A model generated the notes under the pieces. It was given only the letters and a program-made list of their open reading frames with translations, was not told the DNA's origin and searched no databases. A stretch of DNA of 63,037 bases, the filler included, from Sphacelaria rigidula (Eukaryota), in assembly GCA_964200075.2 (NCBI GenBank). It is 5 parts of 5 records of this genome, joined end to end, with 100 filler letters (N's around TTAATTAATTAA, not from the genome) between each part and the next. Parts side by side here need not be neighbours in the genome. Positions count along the whole stretch, not along the records: positions 50,512 to 63,037 come from CAXNAA020003664.1; 4 more parts are not named here. The stretch is one strand, 5' to 3'. Of this stretch, positions 50,512 through 63,037 are shown in pieces (positions within the stretch are counted from its first letter, which is position 1; the number at the start of each line of letters is the position of its first letter). Made by a program: the position numbers and the translations under genes.

Positions 50512-51713
50512 ATTACTTCTCCTTGCCTTTTGTATTGATGTACATCTGCCGCTATCTCTCCGAACCTAGGCTGAATACGGTCCACCGTACTCTCCGATTC
50601 TGGGGGCATCTAAATGTTCCCTATGTTGAATTCTTCACTCATTCGTTGCACATATATCGTAGTCACGTTAAGATTACATGGTACGAAACAACAGACAGTA
50701 TCGCAGTGAATGAAGAGTTGTGCTCGTCATGACTGGAAACAACGAAAACAATCATAGCCAGTCATTGAATTGTACAGGGTACACAGATAGTAGCTGATAC
50801 CGATCGATGAGTAGCGTATAGTATTTCCCGGATAAACAGTTTGATATAGTTTTGTAAAGGTCCTGGAATTCTAGGAACGGGGTTAAGGAACAGAAGGATT
50901 GCGGAAAACCCGTTTAGCGGAATGATGGAAAAAATGAGTGATAGGGCTGTATAGCCAAATGCGAGTAGAAATATCCGTAGGAAGTAATGGGAAATTCTTC
51001 TCTAAATGGAAAGTGATCAATTGTGATCGGACAGGATAGTCGGATCCTCCGTAAAAGGCAGGAACGCACCAAGGACCGGTATTTGCGAATGAAGCAAGTG
51101 AGTGGAGCGTTATCCTGGTCGGATATTTGTAGCGAGAACGAGTTGAGAGTTTTCTCGAGTGTGTAATGTACCGAGTAATGAGCCGGGGGGATCGGAGAAA
51201 TTTGCCCTGCACAGCTTTTGGGCATGCCCACCTTCGCCATTCTCCTGCATTCTCCATTGTCTCTCCTTCTTTACCAGCTTCTGCCTTTTGTTTTGTGTGT
51301 GCTGTTTGTTTCGGCCGATAAGCGCCATCTTCAAAACCAATTTGTGTTTTGCCTCGAGTGTGCTTCACAGCATGCTGTGCTCCTCTGAGGACTTGCTCGA
51401 GTCCGTGCCACATACTACAAACCCTTTTATCCAAGAGTGTATGAGCCTTGACTTCAACGCGAGCACGCAAGCGCAATGATTCTAGCTACATCAGCACGGG
51501 GGTAGTTAGGTTAACAGGTGAAGATTCGAGTTCGACCTACGATCAAGAAACGAAGGAAGCTACGACATCCGCGACATCATGGGAGAATCCGCGACGGTCG
51601 TACAGTTCATCAAGAATTTGCCGCGCTTCGTCGGTAAGCATGAACGTTTTGGTGAATAGAAGCGTACTACTCGTGCGATAGTCGGTCTCACATCGCCTCG
51701 TTTAGGTCACATC

Positions 51714-54700
51714 ATGGATGGGGAAACAAAACCTCTTCCTCAGTCTGAACGAGTTGCGAGTGCAAGCGCACGGAGTGATGAAGATCAAATTCCGACAGAA
51801 AGTGTAGAAGGCCTGAGCACGCCTCCTACCGAGGGCACTAGGACATTGAGGTCTGGAGTGTCATATTCGAGGATTTAAACGCCATCTGCAGCACCTACCA
51901 GCCAGCACAGAATATCGAACACTGGGGGAATTAAGGAATGGGAGCAATTGAGTCAAGATCTATACTCCATCCTCTATATCGTTACTTTTGGTTCTGCAAA
52001 TAGTATCATTTTGCGTTATGATCCTATGCCCGGGCACAAGGCAAATGGATATCTTGCCTGAGCTGCCCTTATCAGCAAATATGATAGCAATAACAAACAA
52101 CGCAAGCGAATGTTAATGCAGCAGCTCGACAACGTTTCAATGTCTGCCGGCCAAGATCCGGACATCTTCTTCACAGAAGTTCATCACATCGCCGACCAAT
52201 TGACAAGAGTGGGAGAAAAGGTGTCCGACGACAGACTGGCCGAGATCATTTTTTCATCGTTGTCGAAGGAGTACGAGCTTGTGGATTTTATTGCGGAGAA
52301 GGGACCCGACTTCGGCCTCGAAAAAATTGAAAACACTGTTTGTACAATATACGCGAGTCGTCGCGGAATCGCAATGCACTTCAGCAACATTCGCGCACGA
52401 GCACAACCGCGCGACAGTCAGCAATGTTCACCGCTGGTAGCAACAAGCCCAGATGCTATGAACGCGGGAAGCCGAACCACGTCAGGCGAGATTGCAAGAA
52501 ATACAAAGCACGCTTACAAGCCCAATCAGGCGGACGGCACAATTCGGGTGACCAGCGGAGGAAATGGTGTTCTGTGCATAATACGCACAAGCATAGTGAC
52601 TCCGACTGTAGAGCCCAGAGAGAACAAGGCCGGAATCAAGATCGACAACAAAAGAGCGGTACAACGATGGTGGCTTCAACTACAGGTGGAACAGCCGCAG
52701 ATAACACGACTACCGGATCTTCCATGGCTACAGCTACAATCGGGACCACTTCAACAGCATCGACCACACCTGAAGCAGCCACGACCCCTGCGGTTGGGTT
52801 TGCCCCGCTAGCTGCGGGAAGTCAGGGTTTTTTCCTCCTCGCTACCAGCAACGCCAAGTTTACTCTTATGGTTGACAGTGGAGCCTCAAAGCACTTCCTG
52901 GATAGTAATCTCATCCCGGATGTCGAGAACTTCATGCACCATTACGAAGATCTGCGACCTCCGATGCAGATTGAAGCAGCTGGAGGAACGTTTCTTTCCG
53001 GAATCGGTGCAGGTGTGTTGAACGTGCATGTTGCTGACGAAAATGGTAGCTTGAGACACGTCTTCCGGTACCATAGTACCAGGTCTTGGTCGTCATCTAT
53101 TTTCGTCTGGAGCGGCGAAAAGCAATGGGACGAGTACGGTTATCGGGCATGAACCTTACCTTGACCTGAGAGATTTCAAGATTCCTCTGCGACCCGACGC
53201 TTCAATTAATCTGCACTACCTCGACTTGGAATTGGTGATGCCGCTAAGTGTCGATGTTAACGGTACAAATTCAGCGACAATTTCGGTGTCAGCATCAACA
53301 GGGACTACGTCTACATGTACTCCTGGTTTCGCTGTCAGTGCAGTAACATCGGCTGGATTCGCAATGCCCATGGTTGCGACGCCGACATCTCAACCCGCGA
53401 ATCAGTCGAGTGAAAAAGCTGACATCTGGCATCGTCGACTGGGGCATCAAAGTGAGCGAATTCTCCGGGCCATCAGGAACATCCCGGAAGCTGGGGTATA
53501 TTTCGAAGATAAGCCCTCATCATGTGATACTTGTCTAAGTAATAAGAGTGTGCAGAGAAATCACCCTAAACCTGCACACCATCACGTCGCGCAGCCACTA
53601 GAGTTGGTATACTCGGACGTTTTGAGACCCGTTTCACCAACATCACTTGGGGGGTTCAACTATGCAGCGAAGTTCACCGACCACTTAACGAGGTTCGAGA
53701 CTTGGTATTTCGTATCATCAAAGGATCATGCCATCAACGCTCTTGTACAGTATGTACGAGAAATCGCGATTGCCAACGGGTTTCGAGTTCGCTGCCTACG
53801 TTCAGACGGAGGGGGCGAGTACATTGCAGGGTATTACCGTGATTACTGCGAGCAGACAGGCATACTCCAAGAGTATACAGCGAGGAATACACCACAACAG
53901 AATGGTGTGCCAGAGAGAGACGGACGGACTATCATGGGAATGATAAGATGCCTTTTGAACGGAACGAGACTGCCAAAATTTCTTTGGAATGAGCTGGCCG
54001 AGACGGCGGTATATTCGGCTAACCGCTTGCCCACCAAGGTCATCGACTTTCAAACGCCATACTATCGAATCTTCGGTAAACAAGCGAACCTGTCTCACTT
54101 GCGGGCGATTGGTTCCCGAGCGTTTGTAAATTATGAGACACACCGCAACAAGCTGGAGGAGAAGGCCTAGGAAGGACGACTCGTGGGTTATGGCAGTCAG
54201 AGTAAGACATACCGTATTTACAAGCCAGCAACTAGACAGGTTTTGGAATCGAGGAACGTGACGTTCATTGAGACACTTCCTGCAACTACTGTTCAGTACG
54301 ACTATGGCGTCGACTGCGGGGAGCCGGGATCAACCAAGGACACTACTCTGGAGACAACTCGGAATAGTTTCGACAACCCTGAGGATATCGAAATTTTGGA
54401 CAACGAGTTAGGGGGCACATCACCTACAAGGAAGGCCCATCAACTTCGGTCGGAAGGATCTCCAACGTCGATCGAGACGAGTAACCTGAACAGTCGACAA
54501 TCGAGAACACTTCGACAACTAGCATACGCATCAGTCAGTACGGATGAGTTGACGTATGTACTGGAGTCGGTCTTTGCGTATATGCCTACGACCATCAATG
54601 CAGTCATCCCGCCAACTGCAGTTCCACTACCGAGTACATACAAGGAGGTAATCAGGTCATATTTTTCTGCGGAATGGGACGAAGCCATGAGACGAAAGCT

Positions 54701-55300
54701 GCAGAGTGTACAGGATCATGAAGTAGCCGATCTCGTTTCAGCAAGCACTGTTCCAGCGGACAGCTCTGTCATCAGTACGTGTTGGGTATACAAGGTCAAG
54801 CCCAATGGGAAATTTAAAGCCAGGTCGGTTGTCCAGGGCTGGGGGCAACAGCATGGTATCGACTGCGGAGGAACGTACGCACCAGTTTGTCGTATTGGCA
54901 GCCAACGACTCTTACTGGCTGTAGCAGCAGACAGGAATTGGGACGTCATTCAAATGGATGCGATCACCGCTTTCCTTCAAAGCAACGTCGAAAGAAAAGT
55001 GTAAAGAAAGCAGGCTTCAGGCTACGCTACTTTTGAGCCAAGCTCCGGGAGACCGTACCTTATGAAGCTCAAGAAGAGTCTTTATGGTCCCAGACACAGT
55101 CCTTGTAACTGGAACAAGAAGTTTAACGCTGGAGTAGTGAAACTGGAGTTCAGACCAACTTACTCCGATCCATGCCTATACACATACGGGAGCGGTGATA
55201 CTTTCGCCATGATGACTCTCTATGTCGATAATTGTCTTCTCACCGGAGAATCTACAAAGGTCCTTACTCATTCACGGAAGCTACTACAGTTATGGGGGTG
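51714..55300 (+). mobile_element. Truncated, decayed Ty1/Copia gag-pol
   Basis: gag with knuckle-like CYERGKPNHVRRDC and WCSVHNTHKHSDSDC; protease VDSGAS; WHRRLGH; integrase LRSDGGGEY...PQQNG; RT KKSLYG...LYVD; RNase H and LTRs not found. Confidence 0.92.
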
Positions 55301-55591
55301 AATGGGGACAGATCACTATCCAAAGAGTAAACATTACCCGTAATCGAGCCAATCGTATCAATCACGAATACAGACATCATCCGAATGACGATCTCGCTCA
55401 TATGATTTAAACTTTAACTTGAGGACATATTTACAAGCCTGCGAGTGGTCGGTGTCGCGGAAATGTAGTTCCTCTAGCGACTGCACAGATGGACATTCGG
55501 CTACCCCCTGTGGTGCTCCGTCTCGAAAGGGATGCGTGGTCAATGGTCAAATGACTAAGGCAAGCAACAAATGAGCACCCCCCCCCCCCCC

Positions 55592-56202
55592 TGTGGTGAC
55601 CCTGTCAGGACAAACACCCTGCGGAGACCGTGTAGTGACCTTGTACAGGGCAGTTAACCCTGCCAGGGTGGCATGACAGGACCTTGTCGGTTTAAACACC
55701 TTGACAGGGTTTGAGATACCCTGTTCATTTCGAGACCTTATACAGGGCAGTCTTTCAACACCTTGCGCACGCACGGGTCGATCATGACAGGGTGCTGTCA
55801 CCATACCCTGGGCAAGCATCCACCTTGGCAAGGTAATGTTACGACACCTTGTACATTTCGAGACCTTGTACAGGGTAGTGTTTTAATACCTTGCGGAAGG
55901 GTCGATCTTGACAGGGTGCTATCACCATACCCTGGGCAAGCATCCACTTTGGCAAGGTAATGTGAAGACACCTTATACAGGGTAGTGTTTCAATACCTTG
56001 CGGAAGGGTAGAGCTTGACAGGATGATGTTCCCATACCCTGGGCAAGCATCCACTTTGGCAAGGTAATGTTCCCACACCTTGTCAATGGACCACCTCGAC
56101 AGGGTACTGTTTCGGTACCTTGTGCCAAGGCCCACCTTGATAGGGTAATCTTTCGATACCCTGGGTAAGCACCGATTCCAGCAGGGTACTATTTCGACAC
56201 TG
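55592..56202. repeat. Array of ACC(T/C)TG / CA(A/G)GGT motifs with ~110-125-bp higher-order units
   Basis: CCATACCCTGGGCAAGCATCCAC(C/T)TTGGCAAGGTAATGT occurs three times; many short inverted motifs. Confidence 0.75.
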
Positions 56203-56307
56203 AATTTTTGAACAGCTCCCATTCGAGTCGGTCTGAATCAAACCAACGGATGAGGCATCTCGGGTTTTAGGAGCTGACATGTCGCAACCAGCGACAATAC
56301 ACACGTT

Positions 56308-56648
56308 TGTTCAAAAATGTCCGTGGACGTTTTCTTGGCGCATGGTCGCGAAGGCTGACGCCAGTGGCAGTGAAGCCAAGCGAGTAAATATTCAGCGCTA
56401 GGAGTGTAGACAGAAGATGGTGTCATAGAGGTGCAACTTGTGGGCAAGACAGTCCAGAATAACCCAAGGACGACAAATATGGGGAGGTGCGCTGGATACG
56501 ATTTCCCACTTTAGACCGAGATATCCAAAATAGTACCGGCGACTCACAATGCTGCCTAGTGAATGTACTGTTGTACTTGTCGATTGCATACAAAACAACA
56601 CGTTACGAAGCCTTGACTGAATGGGCTCCGAAGCGTTTTTTCGTAACA
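56308..56648 (-). mobile_element. Solo LTR related to the segment-4 Copia LTR
   Basis: TGTT...AACA; shares GGACTGTCT...ATCTTCTGTCTACACTCC with 39293-39615; TSD ACGTT/ATGTT. Confidence 0.8.
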
Positions 56649-56799
56649 ATGTTCAAGACAAAATATATAATGTTAGGGGATGGTAAAAACGCACAACTCT
56701 ACAGAAACACTGCATTTCCCACGGCTGTAGGAGCCGCGAGGAAGAAGGTCAACGTTGTATATCTAGTCCCAAATGCTACAGCATCGTCATACCGCTCGC

Positions 56800-57425
56800 G
56801 TGCTTTCGCATTGCACCCTACGATGGCTTGAACGGTGGCTACGCAATGTGTGGGTATATTGTAGCTACTGTGGTGCCGATACAAGGCACATGGGACGAGC
56901 GCGGATAGGTATTCCACTAACTGGAGAGTTGGACATGCAGTAGCTTATGAAGTCCAACTCCAGTCAGGTGGCGGTATATTATTGTTTCCCGTCCGTTACG
57001 ACGCTGTTTGCAACGCACGATAGCTTGGACGATGGCTACGAATTGTGTGAGTGTATTGCGGGTGCCGTGGTGTCGATACAAGGCACATGGAACGAGCGCG
57101 GATAGGTATTCCACTCGCTGGAGTTGGACATAAGCTATGTTTAACTTGTGACTTGGACACAGTAGCTTAGGTCCACCTCCAGTCGGGTCGCGGTATTTCT
57201 TGGTACTGTGCAGCAGGCGCGTTTCTCGTCCACTACAAGGTTGTTTGCACCGTGCGATGGCTTGAACGATGGCCACGGACTATGTAAGTGAATTTCAGGT
57301 GCTGTAGTTTCGATGCAAGGCACATGAGACGAACGCGGGTGGGTAGTCAAATCGCAGCGGGTGGTGGACATAACTATTTCCAAGTCGCGACTTGAACATA
57401 ACTTATGTCCAAGTCGCGACTTGGA
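56800..57425. repeat. Diverged tandem repeat, ~200-240-bp unit, three copies
   Basis: GAT(A/G)CAAGGCACATG...GCGCGG recurs at ~56878, 57075 and 57312. Confidence 0.75.
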
Positions 57426-57729
57426 AATAACAGCATTACCCTACACAAATACTGAAAACAAGTGTGATTTGAAATCCGTGCGCATGGGGTGGGGCTGACA
57501 TGTAGAGAATCCTGCACACCTTCGCCGTGTACTAGCAGGACGCCCCCTCTTTCCAGCACCAATCATTGGCGATGTATGCTGTGATGGATCTCGTGCGTGA
57601 TGGTGATTTTTACACCTTTGCGTACCGCCCGTGAAGGGAGCTGTTGATGCTGGAAGTGCCCGCCCCTCTTCCCGTGACATCTCCACTCTTGGTCTAAAAC
57701 AATTAAAAGTGCGGAAAATGACAGTTACT

Positions 57730-59440
57730 ACTAGAAGGTACATATTCTCCGACCGAGAAACAAAACTGCCATCCTCAAACCGTGGGCGAGATTCTTCCGC
57801 ACCCTGATCAACCCCAAATCGCTCACGCTGAACCCTGCCATCATCGCGGAGGTGAAGCAGGGACCGGCAGCGTCAACCACCGGGGATTCAGTACCGCTCG
57901 GGGCAGCACTACCACTGGAGGGGACCAGACGAGCAGTCCGGGGGATGCTCAACTGAAAAGCGCCAGGACACGACTCCCACCCCGTGGAGCTACTCAAGAT
58001 CGACGGCCGCGCCGAGCCCATCGTCCTCGAACGCTTTCATACAATTCTCGTCGAGGTGTGGAACGGAGGGGAGGTCCCGCAGGAGTGGAAAGATGCAGCC
58101 ATCAAGGTGCTGTACAAAATCTCGGACCGGCCCAACTGCAATAACTACAAGGGAATCTCTTTGATATCGCACGCAGGGAAAGTGCTGCTGAAGACAGTGG
58201 CCAACCGCCTCAGCGACTACTGCGAAACGCACGGGATATTACCGGAGGAACGGTGTGGCTTCCGACTTGACCAATCCACTGTCGACATGCTGTTCGTAGT
58301 GCGCCGACTCCCGGAGCTGGGACGGCGGCGGAAAATGCCGCTGTACGTGTGCTTCGTCGACCTCCAGAAGGCATATGACTCGGTCGACCGAGAGCTTCTG
58401 TGGCAGCTACTGGCCCGAGCTGGTATTCCGGATGATGAGATGACAGCAGTTATCCGTCAATTCCTTGACAGTATGCCAGCCTGCGTACGCATGGACGACG
58501 GGGAGCTCTCGGAGTGGTTTGAAGTCACACAGGAACTGCGATAAGGATGTGTACTGTCTCCCCTGCCGTTTAACATCTTCTTCGCGGCAGTGCTCGAGAT
58601 AGCCCTCGTGGGATTCAGCGAGGATGATATCATCATGGTGGACGTGTTTGGGGTCTTTGGACTGATTGTATCGGAGAAGAAGGCGGAGACTTTCTTGATG
58701 TTAGTGCCGAGGCGAGCATCAACGAAGGGGGAGTCAACAACATAATCTCTGCCACTGCTGATCATCGAAGCATCGGGCCATAAATACGCCCAGAAAAGTA
58801 GTTTCCGATACTTAGGCGGGCTCGTCAACGAAGAGAACGAACTGAAGCAAACAAATCAACAATCGGAGCAGAGCAGCGTGGGCGTGCATCAGGAAGTTCT
58901 CCCGGGAGCCTTTTCACCGACCGAAAGCACCATCGAGACTCAAAGCCCGACAGGTGGAAGCGGAGGCGATGGAGGCCCTACTATACGGATACATGACGTG
59001 GGCCCCACACCGCGAACACAACGACTTGCTTAGAAAGGTGCCCTACCGGCTCCTCCTGCGAGTCATCGGGTACCGCCGAGTGCGCGGCACATACCGACAG
59101 CTGTCGTATTCGAAGACCGGATGCCAAAGTGCCGAAGCAATCGTCCGGCACCGACGACTGCTGTTCGCGGGAGCCCTGGCTAGACAACCGGGCGGACGAT
59201 TACCGAAGCGAATATCATTCGGAACACTAGTCGGGGGGGAGGATCCCGGACCAGGGTGCCCGGGACAAAACTGGCTGAAGTACCTGAGACGATTTCCACG
59301 CTTTCGGAGCCACAGACGACTCTACGGACAACAACTGCCAGACATTCGAAATTGACCGCGCCCTATGCACCCCAGCAGCAAATAGGAGGGGGGGTTGCCG
59401 TGGCACGCGGGAGTGCTGCAGGGAGCGGAGAGGTTCATGT
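57730..59440 (+). mobile_element. 5'-truncated RTE-clade LINE, reverse-transcriptase pseudogene
   Basis: [43 protein letters not shown]; in-frame stops; YADD segment absent. Confidence 0.9.
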
Positions 59441-60734
59441 GTTACGAACAAAATGGGTTGTGCAGGGCGGTGGTCAATGTTGCATGTCTCTCGCGTGTAA
59501 CCAACGATCCCCTAAATGAGTTCAGTCACAGCAGTACCGAAGTTTCGTTGTTCTATACATGTATAGACATCATTTCCTCATTTCACAACATAATCACCCC
59601 CCCTGGACGTGAAGTCTCTAGGTTGCACATCATACTCGATTATTGTGTCGACTCACATCACCTGGATCCACCCCTCATGATCATTTCATCCTTACTCACT
59701 CACCGTGTATCCGCTTACTAACCAGTAAACGCACCGCACGAGTGGGAAAGTCCAACGCAGAACACAGCAACTTCGAACGCCAGGGCATCTTGATCGCAGC
59801 TTCAGGATCGATTCAGTTTCTCTTCTTCAGTGGTGGTTTTTAGCTCTTTCCAGAAAGGATTGAAAACCAGGGTGCGACCATCGCTCGGTGCTGAAGAATC
59901 GAGTTCAAGTCGGATGTAAAGAAGCATGTTTATGTAACCGCCTGCAACGGCTCAAACACCCTCACCCCTGACTGCGGCACATTGCCAGTTCCCGCAGTCA
60001 GCCCTCAGGGACGTTTCCATCAAAAGACGGGCCCCATCATTGTACTGTCCCTTCCTCCATGCACACCGCGATCCATAACACCTGACCTCGTGGCACAGAA
60101 ATGAAAAGGAGGCCAGCCGCCTGCGTGCGTTTAGACGGGAGACCAACGAAGCCCAAATAGCACAGCAATGACGACGGTCCAAAGAAAGGGGGGTGGGGGG
60201 TGAAGCCCCCCCAATGAGGGGTGTCGTTATGTCAAGCAGTGCTTGTCTTGATACACTTGGTATGCTTGTGCGTATGGCTGTCCCTCGAGAGGCTGAAAGA
60301 TGGAACGTTGCGATTCTTCGTTCTTTGATCGGCGGTATTTGGCGCCTTGAGTCTCGCCCGTAGTCGAACCCTGTGTTCATTTCTACTTGGCGTCGCGCGT
60401 CGAGTTGGAAAGCCGGGTGTCACCTCCTGAAGTCCGAATGGCCACCTGCAGCACCGGATCTTCTGAGGTTAGCCATATGTACTCTCTTTCTTCTTTATTA
60501 TGTATCGCTGTTTTGCTTGTATCACATTTTGTTAGTTTTGATCTGGGTCTACTTTGTTTTTTCGTTTTATTGCTAACCTGTGACCACGGAAGGCGTCCGC
60601 ATCAGATGCCCAGCACGAATATACCGCGCAGATATCGGAACGGTTTTAGTGTAAAGACAACAACAACAACAACAACAAATCCCTCCATATTATGGAAAAG
60701 GAAGGACACTACAAAAGGGTATAAAGGCGCTTCA

Positions 60735-60880
60735 TCGAGTGTATCGATATTCGATATTTATATTCCATATTGATACGTATCACATATATCGGTTTTTACG
60801 CTCCGGTACCGTACCGATACTGCGTATCACCGATATTAGTCGAAATCGTGTCGATTATCGATATCCGATGTGCATCCCTG
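60735..60880. repeat. ATCGATA-rich MITE remnant
   Basis: Ends ATCGATATCCGATGTGCATCCCTG; inverted relative at ~24632-24800. Confidence 0.55.
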
Positions 60881-61517
60881 ATTTTCAGGTGCAGGGTGCG
60901 CATTAGGTAAGGTGCATCTGACGTAGCAAGCAGTATATGTCGCGGTAGAGAGCGTTCAACAGGATGCGGCGACCGGCGGGCCGCTCGCCACTTGTGGCTT
61001 TGGGTGATGTTTTTGTTCCCATCAACTTGCCGCATTGCTCTTTGTGGTCACGGTGGGTCGCCATTTCCCTCTTTGTTGCATGCGACAATTGTTTTCCGAA
61101 GGGTCTCGGCATTACGGGGCACACACATATAGTATAGCACAGTACAGTGCAGTGTGCCTCTCCGACTGCAGCAGCAGCTGCCTCTGCATACTCCTTTGCA
61201 CGTTTTGGGCAATTCTCAGCTACCGAGATTAACTACCTATGTACCGCTTCTTCATCTCCGCCCACTGCATACATGTTAACTGCACACTGCAAGTCATCGG
61301 CCACGGGGCAGGCGAGTTCCGCATCAGATGCTGCAGCTGCGGGCAACGACCGAGATTGGCTGGAGTCTACTGTGGCACCCCCGTGTTGTGGACCTGTCTT
61401 TCCCTCCGCTGGATCCATGTCACGTACTGGTGCACGTGAACGCCACGTGCACGTGCACGTTACACCCGGCCTCTAGATATGAGTATGGTCGAGATGATTG
61501 TGATGTTATGATGTTAT

Positions 61518-61998
61518 TGTCATGAAGGAGCATACTAGTCTAGCATATTTGTCTATTATCACGCTCAGACCTGTCAATGAGTCTAGACAGTTATTGGTTC
61601 AGGATATCTCGACTGCGGGTCTGTTCAGAGTTGGTCGATACGAGTATGTACGGGTATAAAAGCGAGGGGGTGCCTGTCTGTCGACCCCCAAGCATCTCCC
61701 CATCATTCCGCACTACTACTTGCCACCAAGCTCTCTGCAAGGAAGCTAAGCATCGGTGAGATTATTGAGTGAACGTGAGAGATTGAACGTGAGAGATTGG
61801 ATAAGCAGAAGGTTGAGACCAAGCATTTAACGAAGAGACATACTGAACCTACACGTGAGATCACAAAGAATATGTTGGACACATCAAGGGTTACAGTCAC
61901 TGATTGCTTGAGCCCGTTGTCGGGCTCTTGTCTTGTCTACTCACTGAGTATTGCATAGCGACTCGTGTATCTAATGCACGCGGCGTATCCCCTTGACA
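61518..61998 (+). mobile_element. 5' LTR (TGTCA...TGACA) followed by a PBS-like sequence
   Basis: 5-bp inverted ends; TATAAAA at ~61655; AT-TGGCGTTCGAC immediately downstream. Confidence 0.7.
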
Positions 61999-63037
61999 AT
62001 TGGCGTTCGACTAAGGAATCTCTTCCCTTGCGGTTGTGTTTCCCTTTCTTTACAACGGAGTGGTCTCTCTTTTTATCGAATCGCATCACGTTCCCGTAGC
62101 AGTCTTTGGTTGCATTTACAGGTACCGACGTTCCCTCTTTTCCTTGGATTTTCGTCAGTAGTAGTCAAAGCTTTTTGTAGCGCCCCCGGAGCTAGTTGCC
62201 TCCGCTTGCTTCACAGTCAGTTCTTAGCTACTGCATGAGCTTTTCTCCGCGTGTGTACCGTACGTAGTACCTGTGCCTTGCAGCTTTTTGGCGACTAGCG
62301 GCTTGCTGCAACAGTCGTTTTCACGACTTGTGCACATATTTTGGCACGCATCTGCACTTTCCTGCTTCTCGCTATATCTGCATAGGCACCCTTCCCTGTT
62401 TGTTCGTATAGAACGGGTACGCGCCCCGGCTTTATTGGTGCGCGTCTTTAGCATTATCGCTTCGCCCCTTTTGTATTTTAGACAGCACAAACGCTCTGCC
62501 ACAGGTTGTGGCAGGAAACGCTGCACCAAGTGCACCGCTGCTCATCGTCAGCTGCTGTATTTGACCTGGACTCTCGCCAGGCCACATTTCGCGTTGCAGC
62601 ACAAAACTTGTACACAGCCCACCGCACCTTTTGTTCACGGGTCGTTTGCGTGAAACACCCGTGCGAAAGCCATCCGGTGCCCACGGACATTTTTACAACG
62701 GCCGCGTATCTGTTTTGGCATTTTGACCACCTTCTGATACCCGTCATTTCGCTATAGTTCTGTTGCCTCTTTTCGTGTACTCGCACGTCATTGTGCACCG
62801 CCGTACTCATAGAAGCGCTACTTACGTACAGACACTATTTTTCCGTCTCTACCGCCACAAGTTGTTTGGCACAGAACGTCGGCCGCCATTGTTTCTACCT
62901 GTTCGACACCTCGCCGCGGCACAGCATTTGACTGCATACAGAAAATAGTTTTTCTGTCTTCACCGAACAGGGTTGCCAGAAAAATGAGAACGTATTTTGA
63001 AATGAGAATCAACCGCTCCCCGGGATTGTGTCCATTT

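Noticed and set aside
50883-51476. 197-aa minus-strand ORF as a gene
   Set aside because: No recognisable domain or convincing exon chain
55592-57425. CRISPR-like array
   Set aside because: No unique spacers between constant repeats; eukaryotic context; no cas genes

Overview
Eukaryotic, intron-rich, repeat-dense DNA, most likely from a brown alga (inferred from gene structure, a bipartite plastid-targeting exon and the TE repertoire). The window is not one locus. It is five ~12.5-kb segments (1-12528, 12629-25156, 25257-37784, 37885-50411, 50512-63037) joined by identical 100-nt N/TTAATTAATTAA/N spacers. Segment 1 holds a two-gene Mutator-like cassette: an apparently intact spliced vertnin/OTU-like cysteine-protease gene, followed by a FAR1-type/SWIM transposase-like gene that lacks its catalytic exons. 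Segment 2 holds a degenerate gag-like retroelement, MITEs and the first exon of a plastid-targeted protein. Segment 3 holds five exons of cytosolic tryptophanyl-tRNA synthetase with TE-filled introns. Segment 4 holds a decayed two-LTR Ty1/Copia element inside a tandem foldback array, carrying four nested MITEs, one with telomeric TTAGGG repeats and 5-bp TSDs. Segment 5 holds a truncated Copia, a solo LTR, an RTE LINE fragment and a further LTR. All calls are by eye; no database searches were run.
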